Source: an uncultured Solirubrobacterales bacterium (GTDB lineage Bacteria; Actinomycetota; Thermoleophilia; Solirubrobacterales; 70-9). From it: a DNA stretch of 64,000 bases. Both the position numbers and the translations under genes were made by a program. Below are positions 53,337 to 63,428 of the stretch, piece by piece. The notes beneath the pieces are model-generated. The model saw nothing but the letters and a program-made list of their open reading frames with translations, ran no database searches and was not told where the DNA came from. The stretch's first letter is position 1. Each line of letters opens with the position of its first letter. Location of the stretch: the NCBI GenBank assembly GCA_963734745.1, contig CAVTIG010000001.1, forward strand, positions 129,571 to 193,570. Reading direction: 5' to 3'.

Positions 53337-53392
53337 CGCTCCGCTGTTCCTTTGCCCCGCTATATCCAGGCAAAGGAACAGCGGAAGCTTGT
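53337..53392. repeat. REP-like palindromic element
   Basis: TCCGCTGTTCCTTTGCC (53340-53356), loop CCGCTATATCCA, GGCAAAGGAACAGCGGA (53369-53385), flanked by AAGCTT. Lies in the divergent gap between the ThDP enzyme and the M15 peptidase. Confidence 0.88.
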
Positions 53393-53439
53393 GTGCGGCA
53401 TTCAAGCTCACCTCGGGTGTGGTCGATAGGCGGAGTGAC

Positions 53440-54159
53440 GTGACCGCACCGACCGACAGCCCTCGACAGCAGGGACATCCGGTACGCGCGGCGCGCTCGC
53501 ATCGAGTCGCTCGCGGCCCTCGCCCTGACGATCCTCGTCTGCGTCACGGTCGGCCTCGCGCAGGCCGGCCCGGCCTCGGTTCGGCTGCATCAACGACGAC
53601 CGGCAGGATCGTCCCGATCCCCGCCTCGATCCCCCACCAGGCCGGGAGCATGATCGACAGCCGCCTGATGCCGGACCTGCGCTGGCTCTCCTCCCACTTC
53701 CCGATCTACATCAGCGAGGGCTACTCCGGCCCGCTCCCGGACGGCAGCTACGTCGGCTGCCACCGCTGCCACGTCAACAACTCCGACCACTACAACGGGC
53801 TCGCCGTCGACATCGTGCCGCTGAGCTGGAGCCCCCACTGCGATGCGAACTGGAATGGCGTCACCCGGCTGGCGAAGTGGGCCGAGCCGCAGCAGAACCG
53901 ACCGGTCGCGCCCTTCCGCTGGGTCGGGTACGACGGCGACGCGGGCCACGGCTGCGGCAACCACCTCCACCTCTCCTGGGACCACGCCCCGGCGCCTCCC
54001 CACACCCTCGCCGACTGGGTGGCGGTGTTTCCGGTGGGTGCGCCGAGCGCCCGGCCCAGCAAGAAGACACAGCCCCCGCCGGCCAAGCCGAAACAGCCGC
54101 CGGGGCCGACCGGGGGGTTCGAGCCGTCGACCCCCGGCGGGGTCTCTCCCGGCGACTGA
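53440..54159 (+). CDS. secreted LAS-type zinc peptidase (M15/VanY-like); 5' end uncertain
   Basis: Zn-ligand motifs NNSDHYNGLAVDIVP (SxHxxGxAxD) and GHGCGNHLHLSW (HxH), with a Pro/Lys-rich C-terminal tail. A signal-peptide-like stretch (RRARIESLAALALTILVCVTVGLAQAGPAS) lies in a different frame at 53480-53585. Confidence 0.65.
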   Translation: MTAPTDSPRQQGHPVRAARSHRVARGPRPDDPRLRHGRPRAGRPGLGSAASTTTGRIVPIPASIPHQAGSMIDSRLMPDLRWLSSHFPIYISEGYSGPLPDGSYVGCHRCHVNNSDHYNGLAVDIVPLSWSPHCDANWNGVTRLAKWAEPQQNRPVAPFRWVGYDGDAGHGCGNHLHLSWDHAPAPPHTLADWVAVFPVGAPSARPSKKTQPPPAKPKQPPGPTGGFEPSTPGGVSPGD

Positions 54160-54168
54160 CCGCTGCAA

Positions 54169-54215
54169 CCGGTGCAACGTTTTGCCCCCGCATCGGGGGC
54201 AACGCGTTGCACCGG
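54169..54215 (+). terminator. compound two-tier hairpin downstream of the M15 peptidase gene
   Basis: Outer stem CCGGTGCAACG (54169-54179) / CGTTGCACCGG (54205-54215). Inner stem TTGCCCCC (54182-54189) / GGGGGCAA (54195-54202), loop GCATC, with symmetric 2x2 internal loops. Confidence 0.5.
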
Positions 54216-54246
54216 GGAATCTCGGCCTCCATAGGATGGGATCTCG

Positions 54247-54722
54247 ATGCGCGCCTTCACCGCGATCCTCGTCGCCGCCGTCGCAATCCTCACCGCGGTC
54301 GGCTGCGGCGGGCAGAGCGACGCGACGCCGGTCGCCTGCCTCGACGGCGCCGGCGCCTACCTTCGCGCTCTGGGCGACGCGCCCGGCGAGGTGAGGCTGC
54401 GCGGCGAGGCGCCGATCAGCGACTGCCTGGCCGAGAACCAGAAGGGCGGCGACCTCGCCACGGTCGGCGCCGCGATGGTCTCCGCGGCGACCCGGCTCAA
54501 CGCGGAGGCCCGCGCCCACCCGGGCGGCGCCGCCAACCTGCAGCTCGGCTACCTGCTCGGCGCCGCCCAGCGCGGCGCCGACGGCACCAACGGCATCCAC
54601 GCCGAGCTGGTCCGCCGCCTCGCCGCCGCCGCCCGCTACAGCCCCGACAACCGGCCCGCTTCCCGCCGGCCTTCCTCCGCACTTATCGCCAGGGCTACGA
54701 TGCCGGCCACAAAAATGGATGA
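54247..54722 (+). CDS. lipoprotein, function unknown; apparent frameshift near 54650
   Basis: Signal peptide plus lipobox (LTAVGC). The C-terminal AFLRTYRQGYDAGHKNG stop is in another frame. Confidence 0.6.
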
Positions 54723-54764
54723 CTACGAGCGGCCGGTTTGCAGCGACCGCGATTAAGGAGACAG

Positions 54765-56082
<1,318 letters not shown>

Positions 56083-56095
56083 CCTCGCCGCTCCC

Positions 56096-56148
56096 AGCTT
56101 CCGCTGTTCCTTATCTGCAAATAACGGGGTAAAGGAACAGCGGAGCGA
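56096..56148. repeat. REP-like palindromic element (tandem pair, copy 1, slightly degenerate)
   Basis: CTTCCGCTGTTCCTTATC (56098-56115), loop TGCAAATAAC, GGGGTAAAGGAACAGCGGAG (56126-56145). Confidence 0.85.
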
Positions 56149-56157
56149 CGCTTCCCA

Positions 56158-56210
56158 CGCCGCGCTGTTCCTTTGCTCCATATAACGGGGCAAAGGAACA
56201 GCGGAAGCTT
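56158..56210. repeat. REP-like palindromic element (tandem pair, copy 2)
   Basis: CGCGCTGTTCCTTTGCTCC (56161-56179), loop ATATAAC, GGGGCAAAGGAACAGCGGAAG (56187-56207). Ends 3 nt before the convergent ALDH stop (56213). Confidence 0.88.
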
Positions 56211-56212
56211 CT

Positions 56213-57643
56213 CTAACCCTGAAGGGTTACGAAGCGCTCTTCGGTCAGCTCGATCACCGCGTAGGCGGGGCCCTCGCGGGTGTTGCCCGAGTCCTTGACG
56301 CCGCCGTAGGGCTGCTGGTCGGCGCGGAAGGTCGGGACCTCGTTGATCAGGACGCCGCCGAACTCGAGCGACTCGGCCGCCTGCAACCCGCGCCCCACGT
56401 CGCGGGTGAAGACACCCGCCTGGAGGCCGAACTTGGAGTCGTTCGCCATCTCCAGCGCCTCTTCGAAGCCCGAGTAGCGGTCGACCGTCGCCACCGGGCC
56501 GAAGACCTCCTCGCACCAGACCTTGGCCTCGCGCGGCGGGGCCTCGATCACGGTCGGCGCCAGGCAGCGGCCCTCGTCGACCAGCTCGCCGCCGGTCAGC
56601 AACTTCGCGCCGGACGCCACTGCTTCGTCGATCCACTCCTTGACCCGGTCGCGGTCGTGCCGGGAGATCAGCGGGCCGACGTCGGTCTCGGGATCGAGCG
56701 GGTCGCCGACCCGCAGCGCCTCGGCGTTGGCGACGAAGCGCTCGATGAAGGCGTCGGCGACGTCCTCGTGGACGAGCACCCGCTGGACCGAGATGCAGCT
56801 CTGTCCGGCGTGGGAGAAGGCGTGGAGCTTCGCCTTGTCGGCGGCGGTCTCCCAGTCGCCGTCGGAATGGACGATCAGCGGCGCGTTGGAGCCCAGCTCC
56901 AGGTTGACCTTCTTGTGGGGGACGCGGCTGCGGATCCCCCAGCCGACCTTCGAGGAGCCGGTGAAGGTCAGCGCCCGGGTCAGCTCGTGCTCGACGATCG
57001 CGTTGCCGACCTCTGCGCCGGGGCCGGGGATGACGCTCAGCCACCCCTGCGGCAGGCCCGCCTCGGCCAGCACCTCGGCCAGCTTCAGCGCCGAGATCGG
57101 GGTCTGGCCGGCCGGCTTGAGGACGACCGCGTTGCCGGCGGCGATCGCCGGCCCGAGCTTGTGGGCGACCAGGTTGAGCGGGAAGTTGAAGGGGCTGATC
57201 GCCCCGACCACGCCGTAGGGGACGCGCAGCATCACGCCGAGCTTGCCGGCGCCGGCGGCCGAGGCCTCCATCGGCACCGTGCCGCCGGTCAGCTTGCGCG
57301 CCTCCACAGCGGAGAAGGTGAGGGTGCTGACGCAGCGGGCGGCCTCCACCCGGGCGGTCTTCAGCGGCTTGCCGGCCTCGGCGGCGATCGTCAGGGCGAG
57401 GTCGTCGAGCCGCTCGCCGACCAGCTCGGCGGCGCGGTCGAGCACCGCGGCGCGGGCGTGCTGGGGGAAGCCGCCGCCCTCGAAGGCCTCCTGCGCGGCG
57501 CGCGCGGCGCGGTCGACCAGCGCGGCATCGCCCTGCGCGACCCGCCCGACCACGGTCCCGTCGTAGGGGCTGCGGACCTCGTCCCACTCATCGGTTGCCA
57601 TCCACTCGCCGGCCGCGAAGAGCTTGTGGTCGACCGCTTCCAC
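56213..57643 (-). CDS. NAD(P)-dependent aldehyde dehydrogenase
   Basis: 476 aa, uninterrupted. FTGSSKVG, ELGSNAP, and FSHAGQSCIS carrying the catalytic Cys. Confidence 0.9.
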   Translation of the reverse strand: MEAVDHKLFAAGEWMATDEWDEVRSPYDGTVVGRVAQGDAALVDRAARAAQEAFEGGGFPQHARAAVLDRAAELVGERLDDLALTIAAEAGKPLKTARVEAARCVSTLTFSAVEARKLTGGTVPMEASAAGAGKLGVMLRVPYGVVGAISPFNFPLNLVAHKLGPAIAAGNAVVLKPAGQTPISALKLAEVLAEAGLPQGWLSVIPGPGAEVGNAIVEHELTRALTFTGSSKVGWGIRSRVPHKKVNLELGSNAPLIVHSDGDWETAADKAKLHAFSHAGQSCISVQRVLVHEDVADAFIERFVANAEALRVGDPLDPETDVGPLISRHDRDRVKEWIDEAVASGAKLLTGGELVDEGRCLAPTVIEAPPREAKVWCEEVFGPVATVDRYSGFEEALEMANDSKFGLQAGVFTRDVGRGLQAAESLEFGGVLINEVPTFRADQQPYGGVKDSGNTREGPAYAVIELTEERFVTLQG

Positions 57644-57650
57644 CGTCTGC

Positions 57651-58642
57651 TCAACCGTCGGGGTAGGGCTGGATCGGGACGCCGTGGGTCGTCTCCCTCA
57701 TCCCCAGCTCGTAGGCGGCGCCGGCCTGGAGGTTGAAGGTCCGGGTCGATCTGCCCGGGCGTTCGACCGTCAGCTCGAGGTCGGCGATCGAGCAGTTGAT
57801 CGTGTTGTGCTCCGGCCCCTTCGGGTCCGCGTAGATCCAGCCGACGAAGTCCTCCCGGGGTGCGGAGACCCTGCCCCGCACGAGCACGTCCTTGCCGGGC
57901 AGGACGAACTCGCAGGCGTCCGAGGACTCCTTGATCGACGCCGAGCGGATCTGGCCGAAGCCACCGAGCCGGTAGGCCTCGGCCTCCACGACCATCATCC
58001 CGGAGGGGATCCACGGGGTCGTCCAGGGGCCCAGCTTGATGCGGGCGGCGCCGGCGTCGAAGTAGGTGCCCGGCGAGCCCTCGAAGCCGGTGCCCTCCAG
58101 CCAGACCCAGCGCTCGGCGTGCTCTGTGCCCCAGTTGTGGCCGATCATCCCCGGCCAGCCGGAGACGTCGATCGTCTCTGCCGTCGACCTCGAGCTTGCC
58201 CTCGAAGCGGGCGTTGGGGTAGGGAGCGACGAACTTGGTGCGGGGAACCGGGGCCCCGTAGAGCCAGTCGGCCGGCAGGTACTTGCAGGGCTTGGCGTCG
58301 CCGGAGAACTCGAAGCTCCAGGAGGCCTTCAGCGCCTCGGTCTCCGACCGCGCCCTCCGCCCTGCCCGGTCCCAGCTCGGCGCCCGCCACCCGGATCCAG
58401 CCGCCGGCGGGCGCCGACAGCTCCGCCGCCGGCACCGTGACCTTGGTCGCCCGCGGGCCGTCGGCGCCACCGTCGAAGAGCGCGAACCAGATCGACCCCT
58501 TCGGCTCGGCCCCGGGCCGCTTGTGGACCGTGTGCCGGATCCACACTCCCTGCCCGCCGCCCGGCCGGCAGGCCTTGACGTAGAAGCTCTCGTAGTGGCC
58601 GGCCTTCGCGGCGACCTGCGGGAACCTCGCTCCTTGATCCAT
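57651..58642 (-). CDS. conserved hypothetical protein; apparent frameshifts near 58345 and 58180
   Basis: Three ORF pieces join into one coherent text: MDQGARFPQVAAKAGHYESFYVKA..., ...ASWSFEFSGDAKPCKYLPADWLYG...EGKLEVDG, ...TIDVSGWPGMIGHNWGTEHAERWVWLEG... No domain confidently recognised. Confidence 0.55.
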
Positions 58643-58645
58643 GGG

Positions 58646-59721
58646 TCAGACCTTAATGGTGATCACGTCTCCATCCTGCGACGACGTAGTCGCGGCCCTC
58701 GATGCGGAGCAGGCCCCGGTCGCGCGCCGCGGTGTAGCCGCCGCACTCGACCAGCTGCCTCCCAGCCGATCGCCTCGGCCTTGACGAAGGCGTCCTGGAT
58801 CTCGGTGTGGATGGTGCCGGCCGCCTCCCAGGCGGTGGAGCCGCGGGGCAGCGGGCGGGCGACCGCCTCCTTGCCCTCGCCGGCGGTGAAGAAGGTGATC
58901 AGGTCGAGCAGGTCGTAGGCGGCGCGGACCAGGCGCGCCAGGCCCGAGCCCTCGACCCCGTAGGACTCGCGCATCTCCTCCGCCTCCTCGGGGTCCAGCT
59001 CGGCAAGCTCGCCCTCGATCCGGGCGCTGACCGCGACCGCCCCGGCGCCGACCTCGGCGGCGTGGGCGGCGACCGCCTCGGGCACCTCGGCGTCGCCCTC
59101 GTCGACGTTGGCGACGTAGAGGATCGGCTTCGAGGTGAGCGCCTGGAGCAGTCGCGTCGCGTCCGGCGCGGCATCGGGGACGGGAACCGAGCGCGCCGGC
59201 CGCCCGGCCGCGAGCGCCTCGCGCACCGCCTCCAGCCAGTCGCGCTCGGCGAGCGCCTCGGCTTCGCCCGTCTTCGCCTGCTTGGTGACCCGCCCCAGCC
59301 GCCGCTCCACCTGCTCGAAGTCGGAGAGCAGCAGCTCGGTCTCGATCGTCTCGATGTCGCGAATCGGGTCGACCCGCCCGTCGGGGTGCGGCACCCCCGA
59401 GTCGGCATGGCAGCGCACCACGTGGCAGATCGCGTCGGTCTCGCGGATCGAGGCAAGGAACTTGTTCCCCAGCCCCTCCCCCTCCGAGGCCCCCTTGACC
59501 AACCCGGCGATGTCGTGAAAGGCAATCGTCGCCGGCACGACCTCGGAGCTCCCCACCGTCTCGGCAACCCGCTCCAACCGCTCGTCCGCCACCTGAGCCA
59601 CCGCCACGTTCGGCTCAATCGTCGTGAACGGATAGTCCCCCGTCTGAGCCCCAGCCTTGGTCAGCGCGTTGAAAAGAGTCGACTTGCCCGCGTTGGGCAG
59701 CCCGACGATCCCGACCTTCAT
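58646..59721 (-). CDS. ychF: redox-regulated ATPase YchF; two apparent frameshifts near the 3' end (about 58745 and 58690)
   Basis: MKVGIVGLPNAGKSTLFNALT and DIAGLVKGASEGEGLGNKFL. The C-terminal LVECGGYTAARDRGLLRIEGRDYVV and DGDVITIKV stop lie in shifted frames. Confidence 0.9.
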
Positions 59722-60178
59722 AGCGAGAGGGGGACGAGGAGGCCGAGGACGACGCCGAGCATCGCGCCGGCGAGAACGTCGGACGGGTAGTGCATCCCCA
59801 GGTAGGGACGCCCAAGCGAGAGCGCCCCGGCCAGCAAAAAGGCGAGGGCGCCCAGCGACTCGACCCGAGTCATCGCAGTCGCCACCGCGAACGAAGAAGT
59901 CGCGTGCGCCGAAGGAAAGCTCAAAGAGCTGGGCGCCCCGCCCAGCGGCGGCAGTCCCTCAAGCTCGGCCGCGGCCGACGCACGACCAGCTTCACCACGT
60001 AGTTCAACCCAATCGCAACCGGCCCCAGCGCCGCACAGATCAACCAGGCCTCTCGGTTAGCGCGATCGAACAGAGCAAGTAGGAGACCGACAACCACCCA
60101 GACAGCCCCATTGTTCCCGGCCTTCCCAAGCGCCTTCGAAGCCTTCTCCAAGCCGGGCGCGTGCCCCCGGGTCCGCAT
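59718..60178 (-). CDS. PAP2-family phosphatase; apparent frameshift near 59957
   Basis: KLVVRRPRP (KxxxxxxRP), SFPSAHATSS (PSGH-like) and GRPYLGMHYPSDV (SRxxxxxHxxxD-like) are spread over two overlapping ORFs. The stop overlaps the ychF start (ATGA). Confidence 0.8.
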
Positions 60179-60273
60179 GAAGCGCAGCAGCCTGAGGTCG
60201 AGGTTCTTTCACGGCGCGGCGCAGGATAGGGCGTCGGACGCCCGAACCCCGCCCGCTCGGGCAGAATCCGTCC

Positions 60274-61248
60274 GTGCCCTTCGTCCCCGACTACGTCCAC
60301 ACCCCCGGCCACCACTGCGGCTCGACCGCCCTCCGCAACCTCCTCGCCTTCCACGGCGTGGAGATAACCGAGGAGATGGCCTTCGGCCTCGGCGCCGGAG
60401 CCTGCTTCTACTACGTCGCCCTGGACGAGGCGTCCCCGACCCGCTGGTTCAACGGCCGCACGGCCCGGCTGGAAGAGAGCTTTCGCGACCTGACCGGCGC
60501 CGCGCTGGAGATGCGGACCTTCGAGCCGGGAGACGGCGACGCCTGGGAGGCCGCCCGCAGCGCCGTCGACGACGGCCAGCCCGTGCTTCTGCTCACCGAC
60601 CTCTACTACCTCGACCACTACGGCAACTCCGCCCACTTCCCGGGCCACGCCGTCGTCCTCGCCGGCTACGACGACGAGGTCGCCCACCTCTCCGACACCG
60701 GCTTCGAGGAGCTTCAGACGACGCGGCTGGAGAACCTCGACAAGGCTCGCCACAGCGCTCACCCGGCCTACCCCCTCCAGGGCCACATGTTCACCGCCTC
60801 CGGCGGGGTCGCGCCCGAGCAGCTCCGCGACGCGATCCCGGCCGCGATCGAGCGGGCCGCCACGGCGATGGTCGAGCCCGAGTTCCGGGACTTCTCCGGC
60901 CTCGACGCCGTGCGCCGCCTCGCCGCCGAGGCCGGCTCCTGGCCCGAGGCGACGGAGGACTGGCAGTGGTGCGCACGTTTCGGCTACCAGGTGATCGAGC
61001 GGCGCGGCACCGGCGGCGGCGCCTTCCGCCTCATGTACTCGCGCTTCCTCGAGGAGGCGGGCCGTCCCGAAGCGCCGCTCGCCGCCGAGGCGGCCGCCCG
61101 CTGGACGGATCTGGCCACCGCGTTCCACGCGGCCAGCGAACGCGACGACCCGGACCCGGCCCTCTGGCGCGACATCGACGCCGCCGCCCACCGCGTCGCC
61201 GAGGCCGAGGAGCGGCTCTGGACGGAGCTAGCCCGAGCGCAGGGGTGA
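60274..61248 (+). CDS. BtrH-N/DUF4872-like papain-fold protein
   Basis: 324 aa, GTG start. The N-terminal HHCGSTALRNLL (candidate nucleophile Cys) and later GHAVVLAGYDD (His) fit the BtrH-like peptidase fold. Confidence 0.7.
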   Translation: MPFVPDYVHTPGHHCGSTALRNLLAFHGVEITEEMAFGLGAGACFYYVALDEASPTRWFNGRTARLEESFRDLTGAALEMRTFEPGDGDAWEAARSAVDDGQPVLLLTDLYYLDHYGNSAHFPGHAVVLAGYDDEVAHLSDTGFEELQTTRLENLDKARHSAHPAYPLQGHMFTASGGVAPEQLRDAIPAAIERAATAMVEPEFRDFSGLDAVRRLAAEAGSWPEATEDWQWCARFGYQVIERRGTGGGAFRLMYSRFLEEAGRPEAPLAAEAAARWTDLATAFHAASERDDPDPALWRDIDAAAHRVAEAEERLWTELARAQG

Positions 61249-61777
61249 GGAGACGATCGAGTCGAGCTTCCAGGCGCCGCCCTCGCGGCGGATCGGCAGC
61301 TCACTCGGCAGCATCGCGATCGATCTGAACAGCACGTAGCCATGGTCGGCCTTGACCCGCGCCCCGGTCACCTCGACGGTCCGGTCGAGGCGCCGGAACT
61401 GCGGCGGCGCCTTCTCCATCTCCGAGGTCAGCGCCGGGCCGCAGCCCCTGCCCCGGGTCGCCTTGGACCGGCCGAACGCCAGGACGACCGCATCGCGCGC
61501 GTCGGCGGTGAGGTACGTGCACCCCTTGGCGCCGTCGGCCGCGGCGTAGGAGTCGTAGAAGCCCTTGACCGCCGCCGTGATCGCCGCCTTGTCGGCGCCC
61601 GTGGCCGCCTCGCCCAGCGTCTGCACGTGGCGCTGGAAGCCCGTCACCGGGGCCGCAGTTGGGGTTGGCCGGCTCGGTCGGGAGGGAGGTCGAAGCCGGT
61701 GCTCCCGTCGCCGCCCCCGCAGGCCGTCAGCGCCGACCGCCAGGAGCAAAGCCCACCAAGACCACCAGAGCGCGCAT
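61228..61777 (-). CDS. lipoprotein, function unknown; several apparent frameshifts in the signal-peptide region
   Basis: The mature part is a clean ORF (AITAAVKGFYDSYAAADGAKGCTYLTADARD...). The signal and lipobox (MRALVVLVGFA.. / ALTACGGGDGSTG) are recoverable only by frame-hopping at 61680-61777. Confidence 0.55.
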
Positions 61778-61989
61778 CAGCCGCCGTGGGAGAAGCCGAC
61801 CCTGTGCTCGCCGGAGTCGATCCGCAGGAAGGTGACCTTGCCGAGGTCGACGGCGAGCATGCCGTCGTCGGTCTGAAGGTCGTGCCAACCGCCCTTCTCG
61901 AGCTGCCTGCGCAGGTCCTTCAGGTCCTCCCCGGTCAACCGCGCGGCGATGACCTGGCCGCCCTCGATGCCGATCTCGACCCGCTGCAC
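61777..61989 (-). CDS. small conserved hypothetical protein (70 aa)
   Basis: MQRVEIGIEGGQVIAARLTGEDLKDLRRQLEKGGWHDLQTDDGMLAVDL. The stop overlaps the next start (TGATG). Reminiscent of DUF3107-type proteins (weak call). Confidence 0.5.
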   Translation of the reverse strand: MQRVEIGIEGGQVIAARLTGEDLKDLRRQLEKGGWHDLQTDDGMLAVDLGKVTFLRIDSGEHRVGFSHGG

Positions 61990-61996
61990 GTCAGCC

Positions 61997-62401
61997 TCAT
62001 GGAGCCGGCTCCACGATCTCGGTCAGGACACCGCCGGTCGAGCGCGGGTGCAGGAAGGCGACGCGGCTGTCGCGGATGCCGACGCGCGCCTCCGTGTCGA
62101 TCAGCTCCAGCCCCGCCTCCTTGATCTTGGCCAGGGTCGCGTCGATGTCGTCGACGGCGTAGGCGACGTGGTGGAGGCCGGGGCCCTTGCGGGCGAGGAA
62201 CTTTCCGACCGCGGTGTCCTCGCCCAGCGGGCGAAGCAGCTCGACGTGGCCGTCGCCGACGTCGAGCAGGACCGCCTCGACTCCCTGCGACTCGACCGTC
62301 TCGCGGTGCGCCAACTCCATCTCGAAGCTCTGCTCGTAGAGCGCGATCGCGGCGTCGATGTCCTCGACGGCGACTCCGATGTGGTCGATCCTTCCGAACA
62401 C
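61997..62401 (-). CDS. mce: methylmalonyl-CoA epimerase (VOC/glyoxalase fold)
   Basis: Start GTG 62401 (VFGRIDHIGVAVEDID). Second metal motif GPGLHHVAYAVDD. 134 aa. Confidence 0.8.
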   Translation of the reverse strand: MFGRIDHIGVAVEDIDAAIALYEQSFEMELAHRETVESQGVEAVLLDVGDGHVELLRPLGEDTAVGKFLARKGPGLHHVAYAVDDIDATLAKIKEAGLELIDTEARVGIRDSRVAFLHPRSTGGVLTEIVEPAP

Positions 62402-62411
62402 GGGGCGCAGT

Positions 62412-63247
62412 CTACGTGGCGGGCGGCAGCTCGTCCTCGGCACCGCCGACCTGCTCGGCGCGGAGGATCTCGGCCAGCGCGGCGACGCCGACCTCGAGCT
62501 GCTCGGCGGTCGGCTCCTTGGTCGCGAAGCGCCGCTGGACCTCTCGGCCAGGTGTGTGAAAGGCACGCGCCAGCGCGGTGTCGTGGTGGCGGTCGCTCCA
62601 GGCGAACATCTCGACGGCGATCGAAGCGCCGCCCAGCCCAACCCCGGCGCGCGCCATCGGCCCCGGCCGATCGACCAGCCGCTCCAGCAGCACGGTGCCG
62701 CCGGCCGAGAGCAGCATCATCGGGGCGATCAGGTTGGAGCCGCAGCGGTCGTGCTCCTTCGGGACCGTCGCCGGGTCGTCGACCCCCTGCTCGTAGGCGG
62801 CGATCGCCTTGTGCTCGACCCCGTGGTAGGCGGCGAGGTCGCGGTCGATCAGGGCGACCGCGGCCGGCACGGCGCCGATCGCCTGCACGACCCCTTCGCG
62901 CAGGGCTGAGCTGCCATCCGCCTCCGCAGCGCCGCGGTGACCGCCAGCGTCGCCCCCACCGCGGCGACCACCCGCCAGTCCTCGAACGGCAGCCGCGCGG
63001 CGGGCAATCGCCGCCGCACCAGCGGCAGCACGGCCATCGCCTCCGCCAGTTTCAACGGTCCCCGCACCCCGGGCACCCGACCCGCCAGTTTCGGCGCCAG
63101 CTCGGGCTTCCGCTCGGACACCACCTGGATCTCCCCGTTCCCGTCCCGCACCGCGGCCGCCCAGTGGGTCGGCCCGTGGATCAGCAGGCCGTTGCGCAGC
63201 GCCATCCCGCCAAGGCGCAGCGGCTCCTCTCGTGCGGTGGATTCCAT
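62412..63247 (-). CDS. DUF1385-family membrane protein; apparent frameshift near 62920
   Basis: GGMALRNGLLIHGP at the N-terminus and YHGVEHKAIAAYE, GSNLIAPMM in the second frame. Confidence 0.75.
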
Positions 63248-63428
63248 CCACCTACATTAGGCGGTCGGCAGCCGCCCCCTCGCGGGTGCGGCTGCTGAGT
63301 CCCTCCCTGAGTAAGTGTCCGGCCGAGGGCCCCCAGTCCAGGCCCCCGGCCGGTGTGTCGGCTCTCCCTGGCTCAAACTTGGAAAGCCGACTTTGAAACA
63401 CAGGCGGCGTTCTGAAGTTGCGCACGGA

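Noticed and set aside
59718-60178. Two separate small ORFs (59718-59924 and 59921-60178) with a 4-nt overlap as distinct genes.
   Set aside because: Together they carry the three PAP2 motifs in the correct order. Restoring one G (TTGAG to TTGGAG, about 59957) gives a continuous RPRPSLEGLPPLGGAPSSLSFPSAH. This is a single frameshifted gene.
63248-63428. Structured intergenic region between rarA and the DUF1385 gene (hairpins CCGGCCG...CGGCCGG and GTCGGCT...AGCCGAC) as a possible ncRNA or riboswitch.
   Set aside because: No recognisable conserved motif and no promoter-like element were found. It is most simply a rarA terminator plus the promoter region of the next gene. Not supported enough to call.
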